DNA of 64,000 nt. It comes from an uncultured Chloroflexia bacterium (GTDB lineage Bacteria; Chloroflexota; Limnocylindria; Limnocylindrales; CSP1-4). Below the pieces are notes generated by a model, which ran no database searches, was not told the DNA's origin, and worked only from the letters and a program-made list of their open reading frames with translations. A program made the position numbers and the translations under genes. Shown here piece by piece: positions 23,850 to 34,194 of this stretch. The stretch lies in contig CAVWZL010000016.1 in NCBI GenBank assembly GCA_963759495.1, positions 66,065 to 130,064 on the forward strand, written 5' to 3'. Each line of letters starts with the position of its first letter. Position 1 is the stretch's first letter.

Positions 23850-24632
23850 CTAGCGGCTCGCGCTCGGGGTCGATGACGGGTTCGGCCGTGCGTGGCGCAG
23901 CGTCACGGTGCCACCGAAGGCGGGGATGTCGACCTCGGGCGGGTCCGCGTACCCGATCCGGATCCCGTAGCCGTCCTGCCTGGCGCGCACGAACTCCGCA
24001 AAGCCGGGCGATGCCGTGACCGCCTCGTACAGGTTCTCGGGCCCGAGGGCGGTCACCTGGTACGGCGGCGCGAGGTACGCCGAGTTGGCCAGCACCACCC
24101 CGCCGATTCCGACGATCGCGGTGGTGGGGGTGATCCGCTCACCGTTGATCGCGATGGCCTCGGCTCCCGCCAGCCATAGCTCCTCGATCATCGTTCGGAG
24201 GTCACGGGCGCTCACGAGGTAGTCGAGCTCGTTCTCGTCCGGCCCCGGCGGCTGGACCGAGTCCTCGAGCTGGAAGGCGATGCCAGTGCCACGGAGCGGG
24301 ATCAGCCCCGCCGCGAGGCGTGCCTCCTCCAGCCGGGCATTGAGATCGCCGATCGCGGCATTCGTCCCCTGCCCGGCCTGCTCGAGCGCCTGGATCTCGG
24401 CACGTAGCTGGACGATCCGCGCTGACAGTGCCTCCTGGTCCGCCTGCAGACCCACCGCCGTCTCGATGAGCGGCGCGCGCTCCTGGGTCGTGTAGCGCAC
24501 ACGTGGCGCCTCGGAGGCGAGCTGTGCGGCGATCAGGAAGCCGAGCCCCAGCAGCGCGAGACCGAGCGTGATCTGCCAGCTCGGAATGGCCTGGGCGCGC
24601 CGGGACAGGACGCTGCCGGCACGACCGAGCAT
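23850..24632 (-). CDS. DUF881 domain protein
   Basis: TM segment ITLGLALLGLGFLIAAQL, then GTGIAFQLEDS...LWLAGAEAIAINGERITPTTAI...PPYQVTALG. Confidence 0.75.
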   Translation of the reverse strand: MLGRAGSVLSRRAQAIPSWQITLGLALLGLGFLIAAQLASEAPRVRYTTQERAPLIETAVGLQADQEALSARIVQLRAEIQALEQAGQGTNAAIGDLNARLEEARLAAGLIPLRGTGIAFQLEDSVQPPGPDENELDYLVSARDLRTMIEELWLAGAEAIAINGERITPTTAIVGIGGVVLANSAYLAPPYQVTALGPENLYEAVTASPGFAEFVRARQDGYGIRIGYADPPEVDIPAFGGTVTLRHARPNPSSTPSASR

Positions 24633-24638
24633 GTCGGG

Positions 24639-26021
24639 CTAGGTCCTGCGACGCCGGGCGGCAACCACGAGGCCGAGCCCGACCAGGACCCCGACGACCA
24701 GCAGCACGATGAGGATGGGGCTCGTGCCGGCCGAGCTCGTCGGCGCCGGCGCGCCGGGGCTGCCCGGTCCGGCCGTGCCACCGGCATCGGGGCCGCCAGG
24801 TGCACCGGGAGCGGGTGTAGCGCCGTTCCCGCCCTGCCAGCCACCGGGTTGAGGACCGGCTGGCACCGGCTGCGGGCCAAACCGTTCCGGTGGCTCGGCG
24901 CCGAGTGACTCGACCCACGCCTCCCCGAAGGCCCTGACGTCGACGCCCAGCGCATCGCGGAACGCCTCGTCGTCCGTGCGCCCCTCGGCGTACGACCGGA
25001 TCAGCGCGACGAGGGCATCGCGCCCGTGCGTCCGGATCAGGTAGTCGACAGCCGAGGCACTCTCCGAGTACGCGAGCCGGAACGCACTCGCCGACGTCGG
25101 AAACTGTCCCGCGAGGCCGTCCAGCGGAATCAGCTCGCCGCTCCGCGCCGCCGCCTCCGTGGCCGACCGATCGCCCTGGGTGTAGCCCTCGCTCAGGTAC
25201 ACCGCGAGCCCTTCGTTCAGCCAGCGCGGCGGGAAGTGATAGGGGTTGTCGACCGCGGTATCGAACACGAGATGCACGAGCTCATGGGGCACGACGATGT
25301 TGACCCACGGCTGGTTGATCTCAGCCGGGTTGATCAACGCGAAGAGCGTTCGGATCTCGGCGTTGGCCTGACCGCCGACGTTCTCGCGCGTTCCCGGGCC
25401 AAGCGCATCGTAGAACTCGCCCTGCGAGGCGTAGACGTAGAAGTCGACCGGCTCTTCTTCGGTCACCCCGAGGAGCTCGCCGGTATCGCGCATCGCGGTC
25501 TCACCGATGTCGAGCGCGCGCTGCCCGAACGCCGCGTCCCCCTCGTACCAGTGGACGCGAACGACGTCACCGGACACGGTCTGCCAGTCGAACCGGTCGT
25601 CCTCGTAGGTGACGCTTGCGCTCGGGCCGTCGACCCCGGTCCGGTCATCCGGCGAGGTGTAGATCCGCCACGAGGCCGACACGCGGGTGTTCGGCAGCAG
25701 GTGGCCGCCATCTGCGAACTCGAACGTGTAGCGCAGTGTCTCGTCGCCGGTTCCGGCCGGCGCCGGCACCTCGACGACCTGTGGCCCGAGCCCGTCCGCG
25801 AAGGTGAGCCGAACCTCGATTCGATCGGCGGCGACGGCCAGGTCCACGGGCTGGGTGAACTCGATCTGCTCGCCGAATCGGGCACTCGTCGTCGGCTCGC
25901 CGAACTCGACGTCCGCGGCGAGCACCGCTGCCGGCCCGACCACCGCGAGAAGCACCGCGGCGAAGGCCATGCCGAGGAGCGTGGCGCGCGCCTGAACGTT
26001 GGGTCGCATCAGTCGGCCCAC
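24639..26021 (-). CDS. Secreted, membrane-anchored peptidase MA-like zinc metalloprotease
   Basis: Signal peptide ARATLLGMAFAAVLLAVVGPAAVLA, HExxH (VPHELVHLVFD) plus NEGLAVYLSEGY, a Gly/Pro-rich spacer and a C-terminal TM segment ILIVLLVVGVLVGLGLVVAARRRRT. Confidence 0.65.
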   Translation of the reverse strand: MGRLMRPNVQARATLLGMAFAAVLLAVVGPAAVLAADVEFGEPTTSARFGEQIEFTQPVDLAVAADRIEVRLTFADGLGPQVVEVPAPAGTGDETLRYTFEFADGGHLLPNTRVSASWRIYTSPDDRTGVDGPSASVTYEDDRFDWQTVSGDVVRVHWYEGDAAFGQRALDIGETAMRDTGELLGVTEEEPVDFYVYASQGEFYDALGPGTRENVGGQANAEIRTLFALINPAEINQPWVNIVVPHELVHLVFDTAVDNPYHFPPRWLNEGLAVYLSEGYTQGDRSATEAAARSGELIPLDGLAGQFPTSASAFRLAYSESASAVDYLIRTHGRDALVALIRSYAEGRTDDEAFRDALGVDVRAFGEAWVESLGAEPPERFGPQPVPAGPQPGGWQGGNGATPAPGAPGGPDAGGTAGPGSPGAPAPTSSAGTSPILIVLLVVGVLVGLGLVVAARRRRT

Positions 26022-27625
26022 GCAAGCCCCGCCATGCGGATGGAGCCGAGTCCGTTCTGCTCCGCACCCAGCAGGGTCGAGCGCGACAGCGCCCAGCCCG
26101 TCCCGTAGCTCACCGGCACGACCGGGACGTCGCGCTGGAGGATGCTCTCGGCCTCGTCATACGCCGCCCGCGCGTCGGCCTCGTCCTCTGCCGCGCCGGC
26201 ATCCGCAATGGCCGCGTCGAACTCCGGCGATTGGTACCGGCCGTAGTTGTTCGAGGAATCGGAGCCGAGCAGCACGCCCAGGAAGTCGTTTGGGCCCGGG
26301 TAATCGGCCACCCACGACAGCTGACCAGATCTGTGGAGGGTCGGACGCGAGTCGGTCGAAGTACGTGTCGAAGCTCATCGTCTCGTACGTGATGTCCACG
26401 CCCAGCTCACGCTCGATCTCGGTCACGATCGCCGCGTCGTACTGTCCGCCTCCGGTCAGCATCGTCACCGGGGGGAACGCCTCGCCGCCGGGGAACCCGG
26501 CTTCGCCCAGCAGCCGGCGGCCCTCGTCGGGATCGTGAACCGGCAGGAAGTCGCGCTCCGTGCTGCCCGGGATGCCTGGCGGGACCATCGAGTTGGCCAC
26601 CGTCTCGGACCCCGCCGCGCCGAGCTCCACGATCCGTCGCCAGTTCACCGCGGCGCCGAACGCCTGGCGCACCCGCACGTCGTCGAACGGGGGCCGGCTC
26701 GTGTCGAAGCCGTAGTACTGGACCGAGAGCGACGGGACCTCGCGCAGCTCGGGCCCGAGCGTGGGGTCGTACGCAATCCAGGAGGCGTCGAAGCTGCCAA
26801 TGGGCGCGTAGTCGATCTCGCCCGCCTCGTAGACCTGCACCGCGCTGCGGCCGCCGATGTCGTGCACGAGCTCGATCTCGCCGATGGCCGGCTCGCCCGC
26901 CCAGTACCGCGGGTTGGCCGCGAGCGTGGTCGAGTCAGCGTCGGCTGCTTCGATCGTGTAGCCCCGCTGGCCACGAACGTGCCGGGCTGCTGGAGTGCGG
27001 CGTTCTCGTCGATGTCGGGCGGAACGACCGCGAATGACGGTCCGGCCACGACATTGACGAAGTCGGCTGCCGGCCGGTTGAGCTCGACCGCGACCTCGAG
27101 GCCGTCGGCGCTCAGTCCGACCGTCGACGGATCGTCCGAGTTGCCGCGCACGAAGTCGAGCGCGCCCTCGACGTCGAGGATCAGCGACACGAGCGGCGAC
27201 GGACGCTCGGGGTCGATGAGTCGCAGCCAGCTCCGGACGACGTCGTCGCCCCGCAGTGGCGTGCCGTCCGAGAACGTCAGGCCGTCGCGGAGCCGGAACA
27301 CGATCCGCCGGCCGCCATCCTCGATCTCCCAGGATTCCGCCAGCGCAGGCTGCAGGGTCAGGGTCGCATCGAACGCGGTGACCGTCTCGTAGACCTGCGC
27401 AATGACGCCCGCGCTCCCCGCATCCCCGGCCGCGGCAGGATCGATCGTTGCGGCGGCGCCGATGAGAATGCGCGCCGGCTTCTCCGACCCATCGGTGGCA
27501 CCGCTGGTCGCACAGCCGGCGACGAGCGCCACGACGAGGAGGACCGTGAGGACGGTGCGGGGCAGGCTCCGTCGTGCTGCCCCCCGGTCTGGCGTGTCGA
27601 GGATGCTCAGGGTCGGCGCCACCAC
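26009..27625 (-). CDS. ABC transporter substrate-binding protein (peptide/nickel, family 5), frameshifted as assembled
   Basis: N-terminal lipoprotein signal LLVVALVAGC, followed by LQPALAESWEIEDGGRRIVFRLRDGLTFSDGTPLRGDDVVRSW (ORF 26645-27625). The middle part is ORF 26157-26867 (YDPTLGPELREVPSLSVQYYGFD). The C-terminus is ORF 26009-26311. Confidence 0.75.
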
Positions 27626-27955
27626 TCCGGGGTCAGACGGAGACCCGTCGTGCGGATCGGGCGATCGATCCTGCGCTCGACCGGCACGGGATCACGGGGA
27701 CGGGCCGACCAGACGTAGCCCTGGCCCGAGAACCCCGTCAGCAGCGCAATCACGCACACCCAGCGTCGCATGGCCGGAGTATACGAGCACCTCGCCTGCG
27801 CTCCGCCGGACGCAATGAGACCTCGCAACTTCACCGCCGGGGGAACGATGGTCAGCTGCGAGGTCTCTGCACCGATAACGAACCATGTCGCAGGGCGTTA
27901 GGGCCGGTCGTGTGACAAATTCGAAGTTGCCGCGGCGCGGGTAGCATGGGCCGCC

Positions 27956-29525
27956 ATGACGCTCCGCCTGCGCAACACCCTGACCCGCAGCGTGCAGGCC
28001 GTCGAGCCGCTCACGCCGGGCCGGGTCGGGATGTACACCTGCGGGCCGACCGTCTACCGGTACGCCCACGTCGGCAACCTGCGCAGCTATCTCCTGCCAG
28101 ATCTCATCCGCCGCGTGCTGCTCTACCACGGGCTCGAGGTGTTCCACGTCAAGAACATCACCGACGTGGGTCACCTGCGTGACGAGGGCTTCAACCGGCT
28201 CGAGGATCCGATGCTCGTCCAGGCCGGCCTCGAGTCGAAGTCCCCGGCCGAGATCGCGAATGCCTATGAAGCCGCCTTCCACGCCGATGAGGCAGCGCTC
28301 AACATCCTGCCCGCCCACGTCTTTCCGCGGGCGACCGAGCACATCCCGGAGATGCTCCGGCTTGCCGAGCAGCTCGAGGACGGCGGCCACGCCTACCGCA
28401 CGGCCGAGGACAACCTGTACTACGCGGTCGACACGTGGCCGGGATATGGAGCGCTCTCGGGCAACAACCTGGACGACCTGCGCGCGGGCCACCGAACCGA
28501 AGGCCAGATCGAGGCCGACAAGCGCGACCCCGCCGACTTCGCCCTGTGGAAGTCCGCTGGCGAGGGGCGCCTCCTGCACTGGCCGTCGCGCTGGGGCGAG
28601 GGCTTCCCCGGCTGGCACCTCGAATGCTCGGCGATGGCGATGCGCTACCTCGGGCCACGCTTCGACATCCACACGGGCGGCATCGACAACGTGTTCCCGC
28701 ACCACGAGGACGAGATCGCACAGTCGGGGCCGATCGTCGGTGGACCTCCGGCCACACTCTGGGTGCACGGCGAGCACCTCCTCATGTCGGGCCGGAAGAT
28801 GGCCAAGTCGGCGGGCAACTTCGAGCGCGTGACCGAGCTCTCCGACCGCGGGGTCGACCCGCTTGCGCTCCGACTGCTGTTCCTGACCTCGCGCTACCGG
28901 CACAAGCTCGACTACAGCGATACATCTGTGGATGCGTCGGCTGCGGCCCTGGCGTCGCTCCGAAGCCGCCTGCGGGCGCTGGGTCCCCCACCACAGACCG
29001 GACCGTGGGCGGCGCCGTCCCCGCTGCGCGGATCCCCGGCGGGCGATCGACCGGAGGGCGTGGCCGAAGGCGTGAAGGGTCACGGGCCGGACGACGGCGA
29101 ACGGAGGCCGGGTATCGACCTGCGCGGACAACGCGCACGCTCCCGCGGCCGCGCTGTCCCCCGCCGGGCGCGCACTGCATGAACGGTTCGTCGCGGCCGT
29201 CGACGACGACCTCGACCTCGCCACGGCGGTCGCGGTGGCGCGCGAAGCGCTGCGAGCACCCATCGCCGACGACGAACGCCGCTGGCTGCTGCTCGACTGG
29301 GACTTCGTGCTCGGCCTCGATCTCCACGGTGTATGGGACAAGTCCCCGGTCGCCGGCGATGTCCCGGACGAGATCCAGCGTCTCGTCGACGATCGTGCCC
29401 GCGCGCGTGCGGCACGCGACTATGCGCGGTCCGATGCACTGCGCGACCAGCTCGCCACGATGGGCTGGGACATCACCGACGGGACGGATGGCCAGACGGT
29501 CCGCCAGCGCCAGGGCGTGACATGA
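27956..29525 (+). CDS. cysS: Cysteine--tRNA ligase, frameshift(s) around 29.1-29.2 kb
   Basis: MTLRLRNTLTR...MYTCGPTVYRYAHVGNLRSY (HIGH-type), WPSRWGEGFPGWHLECSAM, KMAKSAGNF (KMSKS-type), and the DALR-like region. The C-terminal tail VPDEIQRLVDDRARARAARDYARSDALRDQLATMGWDITDGTDG is in ORF 29235-29525. Confidence 0.9.
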
Positions 29526-30432
29526 AGTTCGGGCTGATGCTCGCCTTCGGCGAGGACGAGTCGCTCGTGAGCGTGCTGCCGTGGGAGCGCCTTCGGGAGA
29601 TGGCGCTCGCTGCCGAATCCTCGGGGCTCGATTCGATCTGGGGCGCCGATCACCTGATCTACCACGGGGACCGGACCGAAGGGTTCCGCGAGTGCTGGAC
29701 GCTCCTGTCGGCGATCGCGGCCATCACCGAGCGGGTGGAGATCGGGCCGCTGGTGCTCGCTGTGCCGTTCCGGAACCCGGCCCTCACCGCCAAGATGGCC
29801 GCCGAGCTCGACGAGGTGAGCAACGGACGACTGATCCTCGGCCTGGGCTGCGGGTGGCACGAGCCGGAGTTCGACGAATTCGACTACCCGTTCGATCACC
29901 GGGTGGGCCGGTTCGAGGAGGCGCTCGAGGTCATCCTGCCGCTGCTCCGCGAGGGGCATGTCGACATGACGGGTCGGTGGCACCGGGCGAGCACCGTCCT
30001 GAAGCCACGCGGTCCGCGCGGTCGGGATCTGCCCATCCTCATCGCCGGGAAGGGGCCACGCATGCTGGGCCTTGTCGCCCGCCATGCCGACGCGTGGAAT
30101 GCCGCCTGGTACGGCCGGCCAGAACGCGCGAGCGGTCTCGACGAGCGCCTGGCCGGCCTCGATGCAGCGCTGGCCGAGGCGGGCCGTGATCCGGCCTCGA
30201 TCAGCCGGACGGCCGGTGTGTTCGTGGCCTTTCCACACCTCATCGGTGCCGACGACGAGCAGCCGCCCGAGGAGGTCATGGCGGGGACGGCCGAAGAGGT
30301 CGGAGCGATGCTCGCGGCCTACGCGGATCGCGGGATCGACCACCTCATCGCGCATCTCTGGCCTCGGACCGGCCGGAGGCCGTCGCCGAGCTGGGGCGTG
30401 CAGCCCAGGTTGCCCGCTCGCTCCTCGCCTAG
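29522..30432 (+). CDS. Luciferase-like monooxygenase (LLM) class, probably F420-dependent, oxidoreductase; frameshift near 30.37 kb
   Basis: MKFGLMLAFGE...GLDSIWGADHLIY...IEIGPLVLAVPFRNPALTAKMAAELDEVSNGRLILGLGCGWHEPEF...ILIAGKGPRMLGLVARHADAWN. ATGA overlap with the cysS stop. Confidence 0.7.
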
Positions 30433-31436
30433 GCCTCGGTCTCGGCATCCTCATCGTCGCCGGGTCGAACCAGCAGGTCCGTCCGCCAGCCGAACCGGTC
30501 GATGATCCGGTAGAAGTTGCGCTTGCTCTGTCGGTCGCGCTCGTCCGATGGGAGACTCGTGTAGCCGCGGTGCTCGTGACGGGTGAGCGGCAGGCCCCCG
30601 AGCGCCACGGCTCGACGGGCGGGGGCATCCTCGCCCTCGTCGCGCAGCACGAGGCTCCACCAGATGTCGAGGTTCCGGTAGAAGCGGAACCGCTCGTCGA
30701 GCGGACCTCGAGCGGCGCCATCAGCGCGACGAAACGCGAGACAGTAGCCCTCGATCGCGTCCACGTCGCCTGCTGGGGCGTCCTCGAAGCGACGCAGGTC
30801 GGCCGACACGATCCCCCATCCGCCCGCGACGGCCACGGTCTCGTCGTCGAGCGCTGCCACCAGGGGCGTGATGAAGTCCCCGGTCGGCTCGATGCTCGTG
30901 TCGAGGACGATCGCGACCGGTCCCTGCGCACGCCGGAGCCCGATGTTCAGCGCGGCTGCCTGGCCCAGCCGCGCGCTCGTCCACGTGACCTCGACGCTGA
31001 GCCCACCTGTCCCCGCCCCATGTTCGAGCGCCTCCAGCGCGGTGGCCTGCTCTGTCCGGGACCGTCAGCAACGACCACGACCGAGGTTCCCTCCGGGGCG
31101 TGCTCGCCAAGCGCGGCGATGGCTCGTGCCACGTCCTCCGGCCAGTCGGTCGCCACGAGGACGACGACGCCAGCCCGACTGGGGCCTCGTCGAGCCGGGA
31201 CGGCACATGAGCGCTGGCCCCGTAGCGGATACGACCACCCTCGGGCAGATCCGGCGGCGTGGCGGGCGAGAGTCCGAAGTCGGTCCCGCGATCGACGATC
31301 TTCCAGCCGGCCGCCTCGATCTCGTCGCGGAGGCGATCCGCCTCGGGCCAGTCCTGCGCGGCACGCGCCGCCGCCCGCGCGTGGGCTGCGTCCAGGACCT
31401 CGTCCGGGATCCGTCGACGGGGTGGCGTGACGTCGC
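30429..31436 (-). CDS. Glycosyltransferase family 2-like protein with an N-terminal segment paralogous to the CysRS C-terminal tail. At least two frameshifts; start codon unresolved.
   Basis: Three minus frames contribute. Frame 1: IPDEVLDAAHARAAARAAQDWPEADRLRDEIEAAGWKIVDRGTDFGLSP. Frame 2: VVVLVATDWPEDVARAIAALGEHAPEGTSVVVVADGP. Frame 3: ARLGQAAALNIGLRRAQGPVAIVLDTSIEPTGDFITPLVAALDDETVAVAGGWGIVS...FYRNLDIWWSLVLRD (ORF 30429-30860). Confidence 0.55.
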
Positions 31437-32764
31437 TCAGGTCTCGAACCGTCCGGTTTCGGCTGTGCGAGTGGTGGGGTCGTCCACGGGGATCCTCCTG
31501 TCCGGCGATGGTACGCGCGCCGGCACCAGGAGGGCCGCTGCGAGCGCTGACAGGAGACACGCGCCGATCCCGATCCACACGACGAGTCACGAGCGACAGC
31601 GACGCAAGGCCCCCGGCGATCGCGGAGCCGACCGGGTAGCCGACGAAGTTCGCGGCCATCGAGACGGCGAACGCGCGACCCATGATCGCGGGGTCCGTCC
31701 GGCGCTGGCGAACCGTGAACAGGGCCACGTCGAGCGGCCCGTTCAGCGCACCGAAGAGCGCCTGGGACAGAACGATCAGCACGAACCCCATGAGCGGATC
31801 GATCGCGGTCGGGCTGCCGGCCGGACCTGCCGCCGCGATCGGCAGCAGGATGGCGATGGTCGGCGCGACGAGGGCGAGCGGGATCACCAGCATCGGCCAT
31901 TCGCGGTTGCGGGTGTCGAACCGCCCGAACGCGATCCCCGACACGATGCCCGTCACTCCCGAGATCGCAAATGCGAGCCCGACCGCGGTCTCCCCGAGCC
32001 CGAGCTGCGACAGGACGAGCAGCGGAATGCCGATCGACCCGACCCCGCCCGCGAGGTTCACGAGCGAGATGGCGACGGCGAGCCCGCGCAGGGTCGGGTT
32101 TCGCCAGACGTAGACGAGGCCGGCCCAGGCGTCACCGAGGAGGGGGCCACCGCTCGTCGTTCCTTCCCCCGGATCGTGGACCCCGAAGAGCGGGATCGTG
32201 GCGAGCAGCAGCAGGCCGCCGATGACGAAGAGGGTGATCGGCCCGCCGACGAAGGCCACGAGACCCGCGGCGATGGGCGGTCCGAGGATGGTCGCGAAGA
32301 CGTAGCCGTTCGAATTCGACCGCGTTGACCCGCTCCCACAGCTGCTTCGGCACGAGGATCGGAAAGAGGCTTCGCAGGCCGGTCGTGCTGAGGATCGATG
32401 TGAGCGACGCAACGGCCGCAATCGCGATGAGCAGCCACGGCGGCAGTGCGTCGCCCAGGGCGAGGCCACCGATCAGGGCGAGGGCGGCCGCCGCAATGCA
32501 GTAGTCGAGGATCACGAGCCGGATGCGGCCGTGCCTGTCGAGGAGCGCTCCCGCAATGGGGCTCACGACGAGCCCGGGCAGGACGTACGCGACCGTGACG
32601 GCCCCGGCCAGGGCGGGCGACCCGTACTCGCGCAGGGTGAACAGCACCATCGCGACGCCGACCATCGACTGGGCGATCCGCGACAGGATCATCGAGGAGA
32701 TCACCCGGCCCAGCGAGGGCAGGCGCAGCAGAGCGGCGTAGGAGCGATCCGTTCGGGCCGTCAT
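31437..32764 (-). CDS. MFS transporter, frameshifted as assembled
   Basis: N-terminus MTARTDRSYAALLRLPSLGRVISSMILSRIAQSMVGVAMVLF (ORF 32132-32764). The rest lies in ORF 30721-32469 (NGYVFATILGPPIAAGLVAFVGG...). The last helix LVVWIGIGACLLSALAAALLV is in a third frame, ending at TGA complement 31437-31439. Confidence 0.7.
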
Positions 32765-32845
32765 TGGGGCCGCTCATCGTAGCGACCCCTCCCCTCCGCG
32801 GCGGTCAGCGTCGCCAGGGCGACGGCAGCCTCCGTGATCGCGTTT

Positions 32846-33031
32846 ACCAACCCGGGTGGTGTTGGCTCCGGGCGTGCTGCCATCGGCGGCCGAATCCGAG
32901 TCGTTGCACCACCCGGGTTGGTATCCGGGATCGAATTCAGCGCCCGGGCCCCCACATCTCGCGCGGAGTACCACCCCGATTGGTATCCGAGGCAATCCCG
33001 GGGCCGATCCCGGGGCCGCGGCCGGGAGCCC
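32846..33031. repeat. Three phased copies (62-bp spacing) of an ACCA(N)CCCG(R)-TTGGTATCCG(R)G-like motif in a 380-bp divergent intergenic region
   Basis: Copy at 32846: ACCAACCCGGGTGGTGTTGGCTCCGGG. Copy at 32908: ACCACCCGGGTTGGTATCCGGGA. Copy at 32970: ACCACCCCGATTGGTATCCGAGG. Confidence 0.6.
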
Positions 33032-33146
33032 CTGGCGCGGGCGCGGCCGGGGAGCGCCCTGTCGCGGGCCCGCTGCGAGCCCCTTGATACGGTGTCTCGA
33101 CGTGAGGCGCGGCGGAAAGCAGCGGTTCCCGTGCATCGTCAGCCCA

Positions 33147-33640
33147 TGGAAATCCAGGCAAGCCGTGCGCCCGCTCCTGCCCGACTCGTGCCGGCCGGCG
33201 TGCTCCTCGGGATCGGTCTCGGCGGGTTCTTCGACGGGATCGTGCTCCACCAGATCCTGCAGTGGCACCACCTCGTGAGCACGCCCACCCCGCCCGACAC
33301 CCTCGAGAATCTCGAGCTGAACACCCTCGCCGACGGGCTCTTCCACATCCTGGCGTGGGTGGTGACCGTTGCCGGCGTGTTCGTGCTGATGTCCTCGAAC
33401 GGCGCCCGGTCGGCAGCCGGCGGAACCCGAACCCTCGTCGGCGCCATGCTCGCCGGGTGGGGCGGATTCAACCTCGTCGAAGGGGTGATCGACCACCACG
33501 TCCTCAACCTGCACCACGTCCGACCCGGGCCGGACGAGCTGCTCTACGACGTCGCATTCCTCGCCTGGGGCGCGCTCATGCTCGGGATCGGCGTGCTGCT
33601 GCTCAGGCGCCGCCGGCAGGGAGCCGGCTGGAGCCTCTGA
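33147..33640 (+). CDS. DUF2243 family membrane protein
   Basis: MEIQASRAPAPARLVPAGVLLGIGLGGFFDGIVLHQILQWHHLV...VEGVIDHHVLNLHHV, with four predicted helices. This is the C-terminal part of ORF 32834-33640. Confidence 0.65.
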
Positions 33641-33649
33641 CCCAGTTGC

Positions 33650-34168
33650 TTACGAGGAGGTGGAGACCTCCACCGCGATCGGCACCGGCCGCTCGAGCGC
33701 GTCGCAGACCGGACAATGGCGCACGCCCCAGCGGGCCATCTCGTCAAGCGTGCCGGGATCCACGCCGGCGGCTTCGATGCGAACGGCAACGCGACCGCTC
33801 AACGGGCCCGCCGGCACGCCGTCGGCGATCCCCAGCAGGCCGCGGTCGTCGGATTCGGAGTCGACGCTGACCTCGAGCGCGTCGAGCGTGATCCCGAGCA
33901 CCGCGGCACGCATCGTGATGAGCGTTGCGACGCAGCTCGCCTCGGCCGCCCGCAGGAGCCACCCCGGCGACGGTGCGCTGCCCGTGCCGCCCACCGACGA
34001 GACCATGTCGGTCTTGAGGGTCACTCCGTCTGGACCGATGACCTCGACGACGAGTCCGTCGACGACCGTAGCTGTCGCGACGCTGTCGGTTGCTCGCGCC
34101 TCGGCCGGATTCTCGGTGAGATACGCGCTTGCCGCCTCGATCGCCTCGCGAATGTGACCGGCTCCCAT
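33650..34168 (-). CDS. OsmC/Ohr family peroxiredoxin-like protein
   Basis: Intact 172-aa ORF with GGTGSAPSPGWLLRAAEASCVATLI and a second conserved Cys in HCPVCDAL. Confidence 0.75.
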   Translation of the reverse strand: MGAGHIREAIEAASAYLTENPAEARATDSVATATVVDGLVVEVIGPDGVTLKTDMVSSVGGTGSAPSPGWLLRAAEASCVATLITMRAAVLGITLDALEVSVDSESDDRGLLGIADGVPAGPLSGRVAVRIEAAGVDPGTLDEMARWGVRHCPVCDALERPVPIAVEVSTSS

Positions 34169-34194
34169 GCGACCCTCCTCCCCGGCCCCGTCCC

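Noticed and set aside
27607-27834. 75-aa ORF (possible 54-aa secreted peptide MRRWVCVIALLTGFSGQG...) upstream of and overlapping the SBP gene
   Set aside because: No RBS, no homology and weak codon bias. It lies in the cysS/SBP divergent promoter region. The support is too weak to call.
27956-29525. The CysRS homologue might be MshC (the mycothiol ligase) rather than cysS
   Set aside because: The gene keeps the DALR-type region and the C-terminal anticodon-binding tail (DALRDQLATMGWDITDGTDG), which MshC lacks. No other mycothiol genes are nearby. A second CysRS paralogue elsewhere in the genome cannot be excluded.
32761-33146. ORFs 32764-33087 (+) and 32761-32955 (-) as coding genes in the MFS/DUF2243 intergenic region
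   Set aside because: The translations are low-complexity, no RBS is present, and the 62-bp repeat period is not a multiple of three. I treat the region as non-coding and regulatory.
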